NCBI GenBank assembly: GCA_014799685.1
Contig: JAAVHN010000018.1
Coordinates: forward strand, 85,857-149,856
Direction: 5' to 3'
Source: Subdoligranulum sp.
GTDB lineage: Bacteria > Bacillota > Clostridia > Oscillospirales > Ruminococcaceae
DNA length: 64,000 bases
Shown one piece after another: positions 19,008 through 27,758 of this stretch. The translations under genes and the position numbers were made by a program. The notes below the pieces were generated by a model, which saw only the letters and a program-made list of their open reading frames with translations, had not been told where the DNA came from and made no database searches. How positions within the stretch are numbered: position 1 is the first letter of the stretch; each line of letters opens with the position of its first letter.

Positions 19008-19889
19008 ATGGATCTGCTGCAGTCCACCTGGTACAACCTTATCCAGCAGATGCGGAATAATTTTAATCCCATCGTGGACATTCTGGATATTCTGATCGTA
19101 ACATTTTTGATCTATGAGGTCATCGCGCTGGCGCGGCAGACGCACGCGGTACAGCTGGCGAAGGGCATCCTTGTGATTCTGGCGGCATACGCCGTGGCCA
19201 GTGTTGTAAAGCTGCGCACGCTGGTGTGGATCATCAACAGCGTGATGAATTTCGGCATCATCGCGCTTGTCGTGATGTTCCAGCCGGAGCTGCGCCGCGC
19301 GCTGGAACAGGTGGGCAGCACAAGCCTGTTCGGCATCCGCCTGTTTAAGGGAAGGGCCGACCCCGGAGACCTGCGCGCGCAGTGGCAGAACGCCATCGTC
19401 GCGGTGTGCGATTCCGCCGAGCGCATGGCCGATTCCCGCACGGGCGCGCTGATGGTGCTGGAGCGCCGGACGAACCTCTCGGAGATCTTAAAAACCGGCA
19501 CGGTGCTGAACGCCGATATCACGCCCGAAATGCTGGGCACGATCTTTTACGAGGGCACGCCGCTGCATGACGGCGCGGTGGTGGTGCGCAACGGGCGCAT
19601 CGAGGCGGCCGGATGCGTGCTGCCGCTCTCGAACAATTTGGAGATTGGCAAGGACATGGGCACGCGCCATCGCGCCGCGCTGGGCCTGAGCGAAAATTCC
19701 GACGCGGTAATCGTCGTCGTCAGCGAGGAGACGGGCATCATCTCGCTTGCGAAAAACGGCGTGCTCATCCGCCGGCTGGACCGGCAGAACCTGTTCAATA
19801 TGCTGGAGGCCGACATGGTGCCGCCCGCTGTGGAAGAGAAAAAACGCCCGTTCTGGAGGAGAAAGCATGAAAAACAGCAAGACGAATGA
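19008..19889 (+). CDS. cdaA: diadenylate cyclase CdaA (membrane-bound DAC domain)
   Basis: MDLLQSTWYNL... with three N-terminal TM helices, then a DAC domain (...GALMVLERRTNL...GTPLHDGAVVVRNGRIEAAGCVLPLS...MGTRHRAALGLSENSDAVIVVVSEETG). ATG 19008 follows GGAGG. Confidence 0.93.
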   Translation: MDLLQSTWYNLIQQMRNNFNPIVDILDILIVTFLIYEVIALARQTHAVQLAKGILVILAAYAVASVVKLRTLVWIINSVMNFGIIALVVMFQPELRRALEQVGSTSLFGIRLFKGRADPGDLRAQWQNAIVAVCDSAERMADSRTGALMVLERRTNLSEILKTGTVLNADITPEMLGTIFYEGTPLHDGAVVVRNGRIEAAGCVLPLSNNLEIGKDMGTRHRAALGLSENSDAVIVVVSEETGIISLAKNGVLIRRLDRQNLFNMLEADMVPPAVEEKKRPFWRRKHEKQQDE

Positions 19890-21195
19890 CGTCTCCTCTG
19901 TGAAGACGCAGAAAAAAACGCGCAAAAGCTGGCTGGACCGCCTGCTCTCCAGCCGCTGGATCTCGATCCTCCTCTCGCTGGTGATGGCCATCCTGCTGTG
20001 GGTCACCGTCATTTTGCAGCAGCCGACACAAACCTACATCATCGCCGGCGTTCCCGTTTCCTACGATTACAATTCGCCGCTGTATACCGGCGCGTCGCTC
20101 GATATCATCAACCGCACCGATCTGCGCGTGACGGTTTCGATCAAGGGCGACAGCAGCGTCATCAGCAATGTGAGCGCCGCGGACATCGTCGTCTATCCCG
20201 ATTATTCCGATGTTTCGCGCTCCGGCACACCGGGCGAATACACGCTGCCGCTGCGCGCGCGCCGTTCGGACAATTCGCTGCAAAAATTCGAGATCGACTC
20301 CGTCACGCCCGGCAATATCGAGATCTCGTTCGCGCAGATAGGCACGCAGAAGTTCCCTGTGGAGGTCGACGCCTCCATCGACCCCGCCGAGGGTTATTAT
20401 CTGGGCGAAAAACAGACATCGCCCACCGAGGTGACGCTGCGCGGCCCCGTGGAGGAGCTGGCGCGCGTGAAGCGCGTGGCGGCCCGCGTCGAGAGCGACG
20501 AGCCGCGCGACCGCACAATGCTCGACAGCGCCGGGCTGGAATTCTTCGACGAAAACGGCGAACCCGTCGAGCGCGGCAGCATCACCGTGCTGGAGGGCGA
20601 CCAGGTTGAGGTAACGATCCCGGTGCTGAAGATCAAAGAGGTGCCGCTGCGGTTTGAATTCAGCAACGTGCCGTCGGGCTACGATCCCGCGGTGCTGCGG
20701 GCCAGCATCTCGCCCGCAGCCATCCGCATCGCGGGCGCGGCCGATCTTGTGGACGGCATCGAGAGCATCAACGCCGGCTTCATCAACCTCACGCGCATCC
20801 AGCTGGGCAAAACCGAAACGCTGCGCATCCCGCTTGCGGACGGGCTGGTGAATGTGGATGGCGTCCAGGACGCCACGGTCAGCTTCAATACCCGCGGCTA
20901 CGACGAGCCGCACACCATCACGGTAAACGACATCCGCGTGACGAACGCGCCCGCCGGCGTTTCGGTGAAGGTGATCACCGAGATGCTGCAGAATGTAACG
21001 CTCGTGGGCGAAACGGAAGAGCTGGCCGAGCTCTCCCCGGCGGACGTGATCGCGCTGGTGGACGCCTCCGCACAGAACATCACGGTGCGCGGCAGCGGAC
21101 AGCAGCAGTTCAGCGCACAGATCATTGTCACAGGCACGCGCACGGTATTTGCCACCGGTACCTATTCCGTGCTGTGCGAGATCACGGTGGAATGA
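19867..21195 (+). CDS. cdaR: CdaR (YbbR-domain) regulator of CdaA
   Basis: MKNSKTNDVSSVKTQKKTRKSWLDRLLSSRWISILLSLVMAILLW (anchor), followed by repeated YbbR-like beta domains. The start overlaps the cdaA 3' end by 23 nt and follows GGAGGAG. Confidence 0.85.
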   Translation: MKNSKTNDVSSVKTQKKTRKSWLDRLLSSRWISILLSLVMAILLWVTVILQQPTQTYIIAGVPVSYDYNSPLYTGASLDIINRTDLRVTVSIKGDSSVISNVSAADIVVYPDYSDVSRSGTPGEYTLPLRARRSDNSLQKFEIDSVTPGNIEISFAQIGTQKFPVEVDASIDPAEGYYLGEKQTSPTEVTLRGPVEELARVKRVAARVESDEPRDRTMLDSAGLEFFDENGEPVERGSITVLEGDQVEVTIPVLKIKEVPLRFEFSNVPSGYDPAVLRASISPAAIRIAGAADLVDGIESINAGFINLTRIQLGKTETLRIPLADGLVNVDGVQDATVSFNTRGYDEPHTITVNDIRVTNAPAGVSVKVITEMLQNVTLVGETEELAELSPADVIALVDASAQNITVRGSGQQQFSAQIIVTGTRTVFATGTYSVLCEITVE

Positions 21196-22781
21196 TGCTG
21201 CTTGTGCGGGATATCCGCCTGCCGCTTTCGGCGGGCGAGGACGAGGCTGTTGCGCGGGCGCTGAAAATCGCGGGCCTGCGGCGCGCCGATGTGGCCGGGG
21301 CGGGCATCGCAAAGCTTTCGGTGGACGCACGCCGCGGCAAACCGAGCCTGGTCTATACCGTGGCGCTCACGCCGGCCGAAGGGGGTGCACAGCGCTCGTT
21401 TGAGCACTGTGCGCCCTGTGTTTCCGTCGTGGAGCCCGCCGTGTTTTGCGTACAGAACGGCACGCGGCGTTTGGAGCATCCGCCCGTGGTGTGCGGCCTT
21501 GGCCCCGCGGGGCTGTTTGCGGCGCTGCTGCTGGCGCGGCAGGGCTTTGGGCCCATTGTGCTGGAGCGCGGCCCCGCGGTGGAGCAGCGCGCCGCCGCCG
21601 TGGAACGCTTTATCAAAACCGGAATCCTGGACGAAACTGCGAACATCCAGTTCGGCGAGGGCGGCGCGGGCACGTTTTCGGACGGCAAGCTGACGACGCG
21701 CATCCACGACCCGCTGTGCGCATTTGTCACCGGGACGCTGCTGGCGCACGGGGCCCCGCCGGAAATCTCCTTCCGGCAAAAGCCGCACATCGGCACGGAC
21801 GTGCTGCGCGGCGTCATCGTCTCGCTGCGGCGCGAGATCGAATCGCTGGGCGGGCAGGTGCGCTTTTGCACGCCGCTCACGGGCCTGCGGCTGCAGGGCG
21901 GAAGGCTCTGCGCCGTGCGCACGCCCGCGGGCGAGATCCCATGCGAGGCGCTGGTGCTGGCGCCCGGCCATTCGGCGCGCGATACGTTTGCGATGCTGGA
22001 CGAAACGGGCTTTTTGCTGCACGCAAAGCCGTTTTCCGTCGGGTTTCGCGCCGAGCACCTGCAGAGCCGTATCGAGGAGGGCCTCTATCACGAGGCCGCC
22101 GGGCATCCCGCATTGCCGCGCGGAGAATATCAGCTTTCGGCCCATGTGGGCGCGCGGTGCGTGTATACGTTCTGCATGTGTCCGGGCGGCAGCGTGGCGG
22201 CCGCCGCCAGCGAGGCGGGCCGCGTTGTCACAAACGGCATGAGCTTCCACGCGCGCGACGGCAAAAACGCCAATGCCGCCGTGGTGGTAAGCGTAAGCGA
22301 GGCCGATTTCGGCGGCGACGCGCGCAAAGCGATCGCATTCCAGCGCACGCTGGAGCAGCGCGCCTTTGCGGCGGGCGGCGGCGGATACGCGGCCCCGGCC
22401 GAAAATATCGCAAGCTTTCTCGCGGGCGCGGGCATGCTGCGCGTTACGTCGGTACAGCCCACGTATCCGCGCGGCATTTCGGCGTGCAGCTTGGGCACGC
22501 TGCTGCCGGAGGAGCTGTCGGAGAGCTTGCGCGCGGGGCTTTCGGTGTTCGCGCGCCGGCTGCCCGGCTATACCGCGCCCGAGGCGGTTTTGACGGGGCT
22601 TGAAACGCGCACCTCCAGCCCGGTGCGCCTTGCGCGCGGCGGGGACGGCCAAAGCACCGAGGTGCCCGGCGTCTGGCCCTGCGGCGAGGGCGCGGGCTAC
22701 GCGGGCGGCATCATGTCCGCCGCGGTGGACGGCCTGCGCGCGGCGGAGCATATTGTGCGGATGTACTGCCCGGCGGAGTGA
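21192..22781 (+). CDS. FAD-dependent protein (COG2509-type NAD(FAD)-utilizing dehydrogenase)
   Basis: MMLLVRDIRLPLSAGEDEA...VVCGLGPAGLFAALLLARQG (dinucleotide fold) ...FCMCPGGSVAAAASE...GEGAGYAGGIMSAAVDG. There is an ATGA start/stop overlap with cdaR. Confidence 0.8.
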   Translation: MMLLVRDIRLPLSAGEDEAVARALKIAGLRRADVAGAGIAKLSVDARRGKPSLVYTVALTPAEGGAQRSFEHCAPCVSVVEPAVFCVQNGTRRLEHPPVVCGLGPAGLFAALLLARQGFGPIVLERGPAVEQRAAAVERFIKTGILDETANIQFGEGGAGTFSDGKLTTRIHDPLCAFVTGTLLAHGAPPEISFRQKPHIGTDVLRGVIVSLRREIESLGGQVRFCTPLTGLRLQGGRLCAVRTPAGEIPCEALVLAPGHSARDTFAMLDETGFLLHAKPFSVGFRAEHLQSRIEEGLYHEAAGHPALPRGEYQLSAHVGARCVYTFCMCPGGSVAAAASEAGRVVTNGMSFHARDGKNANAAVVVSVSEADFGGDARKAIAFQRTLEQRAFAAGGGGYAAPAENIASFLAGAGMLRVTSVQPTYPRGISACSLGTLLPEELSESLRAGLSVFARRLPGYTAPEAVLTGLETRTSSPVRLARGGDGQSTEVPGVWPCGEGAGYAGGIMSAAVDGLRAAEHIVRMYCPAE

Positions 22782-23098
22782 GTTCTTTGAGGAACGTCCG
22801 CTCTTTTTGTGGAAGTCATCTTCTATGCGGAACGTCCTTCCTTTCTCAGCGTGAGAAAGGAAGCGAAAGAGCGCCGGGGACTTGCGATTGTCCCCGGACC
22901 CCTTAAACGCTAAATAAGGAATGATTTTTCACGGCCCCGCTAACAGTAAGAATGACATGACGCGGGGCCCTGATGTGAAAAATCAGATTTTAATTGACGG
23001 ATAGAGGAAAATCCTCTTCCCCACGGGAACGTGAGTTGTCACTGGAACTCGCCTGGAGCAGGAGCGCTGAAACCCAAGAGCAATGATGGAGGGATCTT

Positions 23099-24325
23099 AT
23101 GAACGATCCATATAACAATAACGGCTATAACGACAACGGCCGCAGGCCGCCGGACGATCTGAGCCGCAGCATCGAGACGGAGGTGCGCCGGACGCTCGAC
23201 GCCGTGGCAGCCACCATCCGGGACGCGGCGCGCGGGGTGGGCGATACCCTGCGCGAGGACGAAAGCCTGCAGCGCACGGTGCAGGAACTGGGCGCTGCGG
23301 CGCGCAGCGGCATGGAGAGCGTGCGGCAGGGCATCAGCCGTGCGCAGCGCGAGGCCGAGCGTGCCCAGCGCCGCAAAAAGCGCAAAAAGAAACGCGATTA
23401 CGCCAAAAAAGCGGCCGGCGCGCTGAGCGAGGCTGGCGGCATGCTGCTGGTTTCGGGCATATTGGGCGTGCTTTCGGCCACTGTTTGGCTTGAGGACGGC
23501 GGGTTTGCGGGGACAGCCGTTTTGGGCGTGATCGCGGCGTGGTTTTTGTGTGGTTCCCTGTTTTCGTTCTTCAAATCGCGCACGCTGCGGCGCATCGCCT
23601 CGTATCAAAGCGTTCTGGGCGAGCGCGCGTACTGCTCGCTGGCCGAGCTGTCGGAGCTCACCGGCAGAAGCCAAACCGCCATCCGGCGCGACCTGCACAA
23701 GCTCATCAGCATGGGCAAGTACGAGGATGTGTACCTTGCGCCGGACGGCTCGCGCCTGTTCTCGAACGAAACGGCCTACCGGCTGTATCTGGCGCACCGC
23801 ACGCAGAGCGAGGAGGCCCGGTATGAGGCCCGCGCCGAAGCACTGCGGCAGGAGGCGGCGCAGCCCGCACCGGCGGCCGAGCCCGAAGAAGCAGCCGCGC
23901 CCGGTGTGCTGGAGGAATGCCGCGCCTTTTTGAGCGAGCTGCGCGAACAGCAGCGCCTGTTCACGGATGCCGCCGTATTGGAGCAGACGCAGCGCATCGA
24001 GGCGCAGACCGTGCGCGTGATCGCGTGGCTGGAAAAGCATCCCGAGGGCGAGGGGCAGATCCGCCGGTTTGTCAATTATTACATGCCCACGACGCTCAAG
24101 TTGGTGCGCACCTACAACGAGGTGAGCCCGCAGGCCGACAGCAGCAGCGTGGCCGCGTCCATCCAGACGGATATCTGCGGCATTCTCTCCACGATCAACA
24201 CCGCGTTCCAAAGCCTGCAGAACAATCTTTTGAAGGATACCGCGATGGATGTTTCGGCCGAGATCTCGGCGCTGGAGACCGTCCTTGCGCAGGAGGGCCT
24301 GACGGACACGGAGTTTGGAATATAG
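23099..24325 (+). CDS. XpaC-family (5-bromo-4-chloroindolyl phosphate hydrolysis protein-like) membrane protein, paralog 1
   Basis: 408 aa. Basic/coiled N-terminus, two TM helices, a DeoR-like wHTH-looking segment (LAELSELTGRSQTAIRRDLHKLISMGKYE), and a C-terminal XpaC signature (RRFVNYYMPTTLKLVRTYNEV...DVSAEISALETVLAQEGL). Confidence 0.7.
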   Translation: MNDPYNNNGYNDNGRRPPDDLSRSIETEVRRTLDAVAATIRDAARGVGDTLREDESLQRTVQELGAAARSGMESVRQGISRAQREAERAQRRKKRKKKRDYAKKAAGALSEAGGMLLVSGILGVLSATVWLEDGGFAGTAVLGVIAAWFLCGSLFSFFKSRTLRRIASYQSVLGERAYCSLAELSELTGRSQTAIRRDLHKLISMGKYEDVYLAPDGSRLFSNETAYRLYLAHRTQSEEARYEARAEALRQEAAQPAPAAEPEEAAAPGVLEECRAFLSELREQQRLFTDAAVLEQTQRIEAQTVRVIAWLEKHPEGEGQIRRFVNYYMPTTLKLVRTYNEVSPQADSSSVAASIQTDICGILSTINTAFQSLQNNLLKDTAMDVSAEISALETVLAQEGLTDTEFGI

Positions 24326-24380
24326 TTTTTAGAGCGTTCAGAGCGTTCTGAACGCTCATAAAAAAGGAGGTGCTCCGCGG

Positions 24381-25664
24381 ATGGGCACGCTGATTTTTCT
24401 GATCTTTGTATTTTTTATCCTGATCCCGAAGCTGCAGCAGAAAAAGGCGCAGCAGGAAAAGATGCGGCGCGACTACGACGCGGCGCGCCGTGCCGAGGCT
24501 GCCGTGCGTGCCGCGCAGAACGCCGCGCAAAGCGCCGCGGCGGCCCAGCGCGCCGCCGAGCAGAATGCAGCCGCCGCGCGCCGCGCGCAGAATGCGGACG
24601 CCTATCCCCCGCCCACGCGGCAGCCCAAATATCAGCAGGGCGCCGGCGCGCAGGGCGAAAGCCTCTGGACGCGGATGAAAAACCTGAAGGGCGAGCAGGA
24701 CGCGCAGACGCTCTCGCTGAAAAAGACACTGGGCGTCATCCTCGGCGCGGTGGGCGGCGGGCTCTCGTGCCTGTTTGGTCTCGGTACGCTCCTGTCGGTC
24801 ACGGAATTTATTGAATCACTCTCCTACGGCTATTTCTTCGCGGATGAGCTGACGATATCGATCGTTTCCGCGCTGGTCACGGCGGGCGGCCTCTTCCTCG
24901 TGCGCACCGGCGCCGGCGTATACCGGCGCGCTAAAAACTTTGAATGGTACCGCGCCATCATCGGCGAGCGGCGCGAATGCCCCATCACGGACATCGCCCG
25001 CGCCACAGGCCGGGGTCCGCAGAAGGTGCTGCGCGATTTACAGGAACTGGTGCGCAACGGCTATTTCCCGCTGGGCTTTGCCGATGTGGAGACCGGCTGC
25101 TTTTACGCCGATAACGACGCGTACCGCGAGCGCAACCCTGAAAAGGCCAAGTGGGAAGATTCCGCCGTGCGCAGCCGGCCCGTGCCCCGGCCCCAGCCGG
25201 CGGCGCAGCCCACCCCTCAGCCCGAACCCGCGCCTGCACAAGCCGGCGCGCTCAGCGATGCGCAGCTGCGGGAATACAAGCGCCGGATGGAGCAGATCCA
25301 GGATCCCGCCCTGCACGAAAAGGCGGCACGCCTGTACGAGCACGCCGAGGATATTTTCGCCTGGGTCCAGCTGCATCCCGAGTGCACCGACGATGTGCGC
25401 CGCTTCTGCAGCTATTACCTGCCCACGGCAAATAAGCTTTTGGCTACTTATAACGAGATCGCCCCGCACAAAAACGACAGCCAGGTGGCTGCAAACATCG
25501 AAAGCGAGGTCTCGCGCGTACTGGACACGATGACAACGGCCTTCCGCGGCCTGATGGACAACCTTTTGCAAAACACCGCCGTGGACATGCAGGCCGAGAT
25601 CTCGGCGCTCGAAACCGTCCTCGCCCAGGAGGGCCTCACGCAAAACGGGCTGACACTGCAATAG
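24381..25664 (+). CDS. XpaC-family membrane protein, paralog 2
   Basis: 427 aa with the same layout: TM, Ala/Gln-rich coil, TMs, ITDIARATGRGPQKVLRDLQELVRNGYF, and the C-terminal RRFCSYYLPTANKLLATYNEI...DMQAEISALETVLAQEGL. RBS AGGAGG. Confidence 0.7.
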   Translation: MGTLIFLIFVFFILIPKLQQKKAQQEKMRRDYDAARRAEAAVRAAQNAAQSAAAAQRAAEQNAAAARRAQNADAYPPPTRQPKYQQGAGAQGESLWTRMKNLKGEQDAQTLSLKKTLGVILGAVGGGLSCLFGLGTLLSVTEFIESLSYGYFFADELTISIVSALVTAGGLFLVRTGAGVYRRAKNFEWYRAIIGERRECPITDIARATGRGPQKVLRDLQELVRNGYFPLGFADVETGCFYADNDAYRERNPEKAKWEDSAVRSRPVPRPQPAAQPTPQPEPAPAQAGALSDAQLREYKRRMEQIQDPALHEKAARLYEHAEDIFAWVQLHPECTDDVRRFCSYYLPTANKLLATYNEIAPHKNDSQVAANIESEVSRVLDTMTTAFRGLMDNLLQNTAVDMQAEISALETVLAQEGLTQNGLTLQ

Positions 25665-25709
25665 CGTGCAGGCCGCCCCCCAATCCATTCAGAAAAGGAG
25701 CCCTTTCCC

Positions 25710-27758
25710 ATGGTATACCGTTCCTGGCAGATCACCCGCCCCGACCCTGCGCGCTGCGACGCTTTGTGCAAAGCGCTGGGTCTGCCGCGGCTTGTGTGCG
25801 GTGTACTGTGCGCGCGCGGGCTGGATACGCCCGAGGCGGCGCGCGCGGTGTGCAGCGGGGAGAGCCCTTTTCCCGACCCGATGCTGCTGCCCGGCATGGC
25901 TGCGGCGGTGGAGCGCATCCGCCGCGCCATTGACGGCGGCGAGCGCATCGCCGTGTTCGGGGATTACGACGTGGACGGCGTCACCGCCACCGCGCTTTTG
26001 TACCTGTACCTCGATTCCGTCAGCGCCGACGTCTACTACAAGCTGCCCAGCCGCGGGGACGACGGCTACGGCCTGTTCCCCCATGTTGTGGAGCAGATGG
26101 CGGCGAAGGGCGTGCGGCTCATCGTCACCGTGGACAACGGCATCTCGGCGCATGAAGCCGCCGGTGCGGCGCGCAGCCTCGGCGTGGACATTGTGGTGAC
26201 GGACCACCACCTGCCGCCCCCCGCCCTGCCGGACGCCGTGGCCGTTGTGGACCCCCAGCTGCCGGGCAGCGACGAGGCCTACCGCGGCCTTTCGGGCGCG
26301 GGCGTGGCGTTTTTGCTTGCGGCGGCCCTAGAGGACTGCCCGCCCGAGGATCTGCTGCCCTTTTACGGTGACCTTGCAGCCGTGGGCACCGTCGCCGATA
26401 TCATGCCGCTCACAGGCGTGAACCGCCGCATCGTCAAGGCGGGCCTCGCGCTGCTGCAGCAAACCGATCGCCCCGGCATCGCGGCCTTGCTGGAAACATG
26501 CGGCCTCGCGGGGAAACCCCTGACGGCGGAAAACATTTCGTTCGCGCTCGCGCCGCGCCTGAACGCGGCCGGCCGCATGGACAGCGCCACCGGCGCGCTG
26601 GAGCTGCTTTTGTGCGAGGACCCGGACGAGGCCGAAGAATGGGCCGGGCATCTGGAGCAAAAAAACGCCGCCCGCCAGAAGGCCGAGCAGGAAATTTTAC
26701 AGGACGTGTTCGATACCATCGCGGCGGACGATTCCTATCGCGCCGACCGCGTGCTTGTCGTGTGGGGACGCGGCTGGCATCCGGGCGTCATCGGCATCGT
26801 AGCCTCCCGTGTGGTGGAGCGCTGCGGCAAACCCGCGATCGTTGTCTCCATCGACGAAAACGGCGAGGGACGCGGCTCCGGGCGCAGCATCAGCGGCTTT
26901 TCGCTGTACGACGCCATCGCGGCCTGCTGCGAAATGCTCATCCGGTTCGGCGGCCATGCGCAGGCGGCGGGACTTTCTATCCGGGAGGAACAGCTGCCCG
27001 CGTTTCGCAGCGCCGTAAACGCGTGGACGATCCAGACAAATCCCGTTCCGGTGCGCCCGGCGCTGCGGCTCGATCTGCCGGTGCTCATCGGCGAGCTGCA
27101 CGAGCGGGACGTGGAATCGCTTTCGGTGCTGGCGCCGTTCGGCAGCGGCAACCCCGCGCCGCTGTTTCTCATCGAAAATGCCGTGATCGAATCGGTCTCC
27201 CCGCTCAGCGAGGGCAAGCACACCCGCCTGCGCCTGCGGCAGGGGCAGGGCGTGCTCTCGGCCGCGCTGTTCGGCCGCGCGCCCGAAACGCTCGGCTACG
27301 CGGTGGGCGATGCCGTGGACGCCGCCGTCAGCCTCTCCGTTTATGAAGGAAAAAACGGCCCGATGCTCTCGGCGCGCCTGCGCGAGCTGCGCCCCGCCGG
27401 GCTGGACGAACAATATTTGGAGGGAACCGCCCTGTACGAGGCATTCGCGTGCGGTGCGCCGCTGAACGATGCGCAGCGCGCACAGCTGCGCCCCGTGCGC
27501 GCGGATACCGTCGCGCTGTACCGCGCGCTGGGCGCCGGAAAGGACGGCGTTCCCGCGGATGATCTGCGCCCGCTGTTTGCGCGGCTGGGCGCCGGGAACG
27601 CGGGCAAGGCGCTCGTTTCGCTGGAGGCGCTGCGCGAGCTGAACCTCGCCGAGGTATGTGAAACGCCGCGCGGCGCGCGGTGGCGGCTGGTGCCGTCCAC
27701 GGAAAAGAAGGATCTTTCGTCCGCGCCCATTTTACGCAGATTGGAGGCAGCGCAGTAA
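25710..27758 (+). CDS. recJ: single-stranded-DNA-specific exonuclease RecJ
   Basis: 682 aa with DHH motifs: IAVFGDYDVDGVTATALL, VTVDNG, VVTDHH, and GGHAQAAG in the DHHA1 region. Confidence 0.93.
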   Translation: MVYRSWQITRPDPARCDALCKALGLPRLVCGVLCARGLDTPEAARAVCSGESPFPDPMLLPGMAAAVERIRRAIDGGERIAVFGDYDVDGVTATALLYLYLDSVSADVYYKLPSRGDDGYGLFPHVVEQMAAKGVRLIVTVDNGISAHEAAGAARSLGVDIVVTDHHLPPPALPDAVAVVDPQLPGSDEAYRGLSGAGVAFLLAAALEDCPPEDLLPFYGDLAAVGTVADIMPLTGVNRRIVKAGLALLQQTDRPGIAALLETCGLAGKPLTAENISFALAPRLNAAGRMDSATGALELLLCEDPDEAEEWAGHLEQKNAARQKAEQEILQDVFDTIAADDSYRADRVLVVWGRGWHPGVIGIVASRVVERCGKPAIVVSIDENGEGRGSGRSISGFSLYDAIAACCEMLIRFGGHAQAAGLSIREEQLPAFRSAVNAWTIQTNPVPVRPALRLDLPVLIGELHERDVESLSVLAPFGSGNPAPLFLIENAVIESVSPLSEGKHTRLRLRQGQGVLSAALFGRAPETLGYAVGDAVDAAVSLSVYEGKNGPMLSARLRELRPAGLDEQYLEGTALYEAFACGAPLNDAQRAQLRPVRADTVALYRALGAGKDGVPADDLRPLFARLGAGNAGKALVSLEALRELNLAEVCETPRGARWRLVPSTEKKDLSSAPILRRLEAAQ

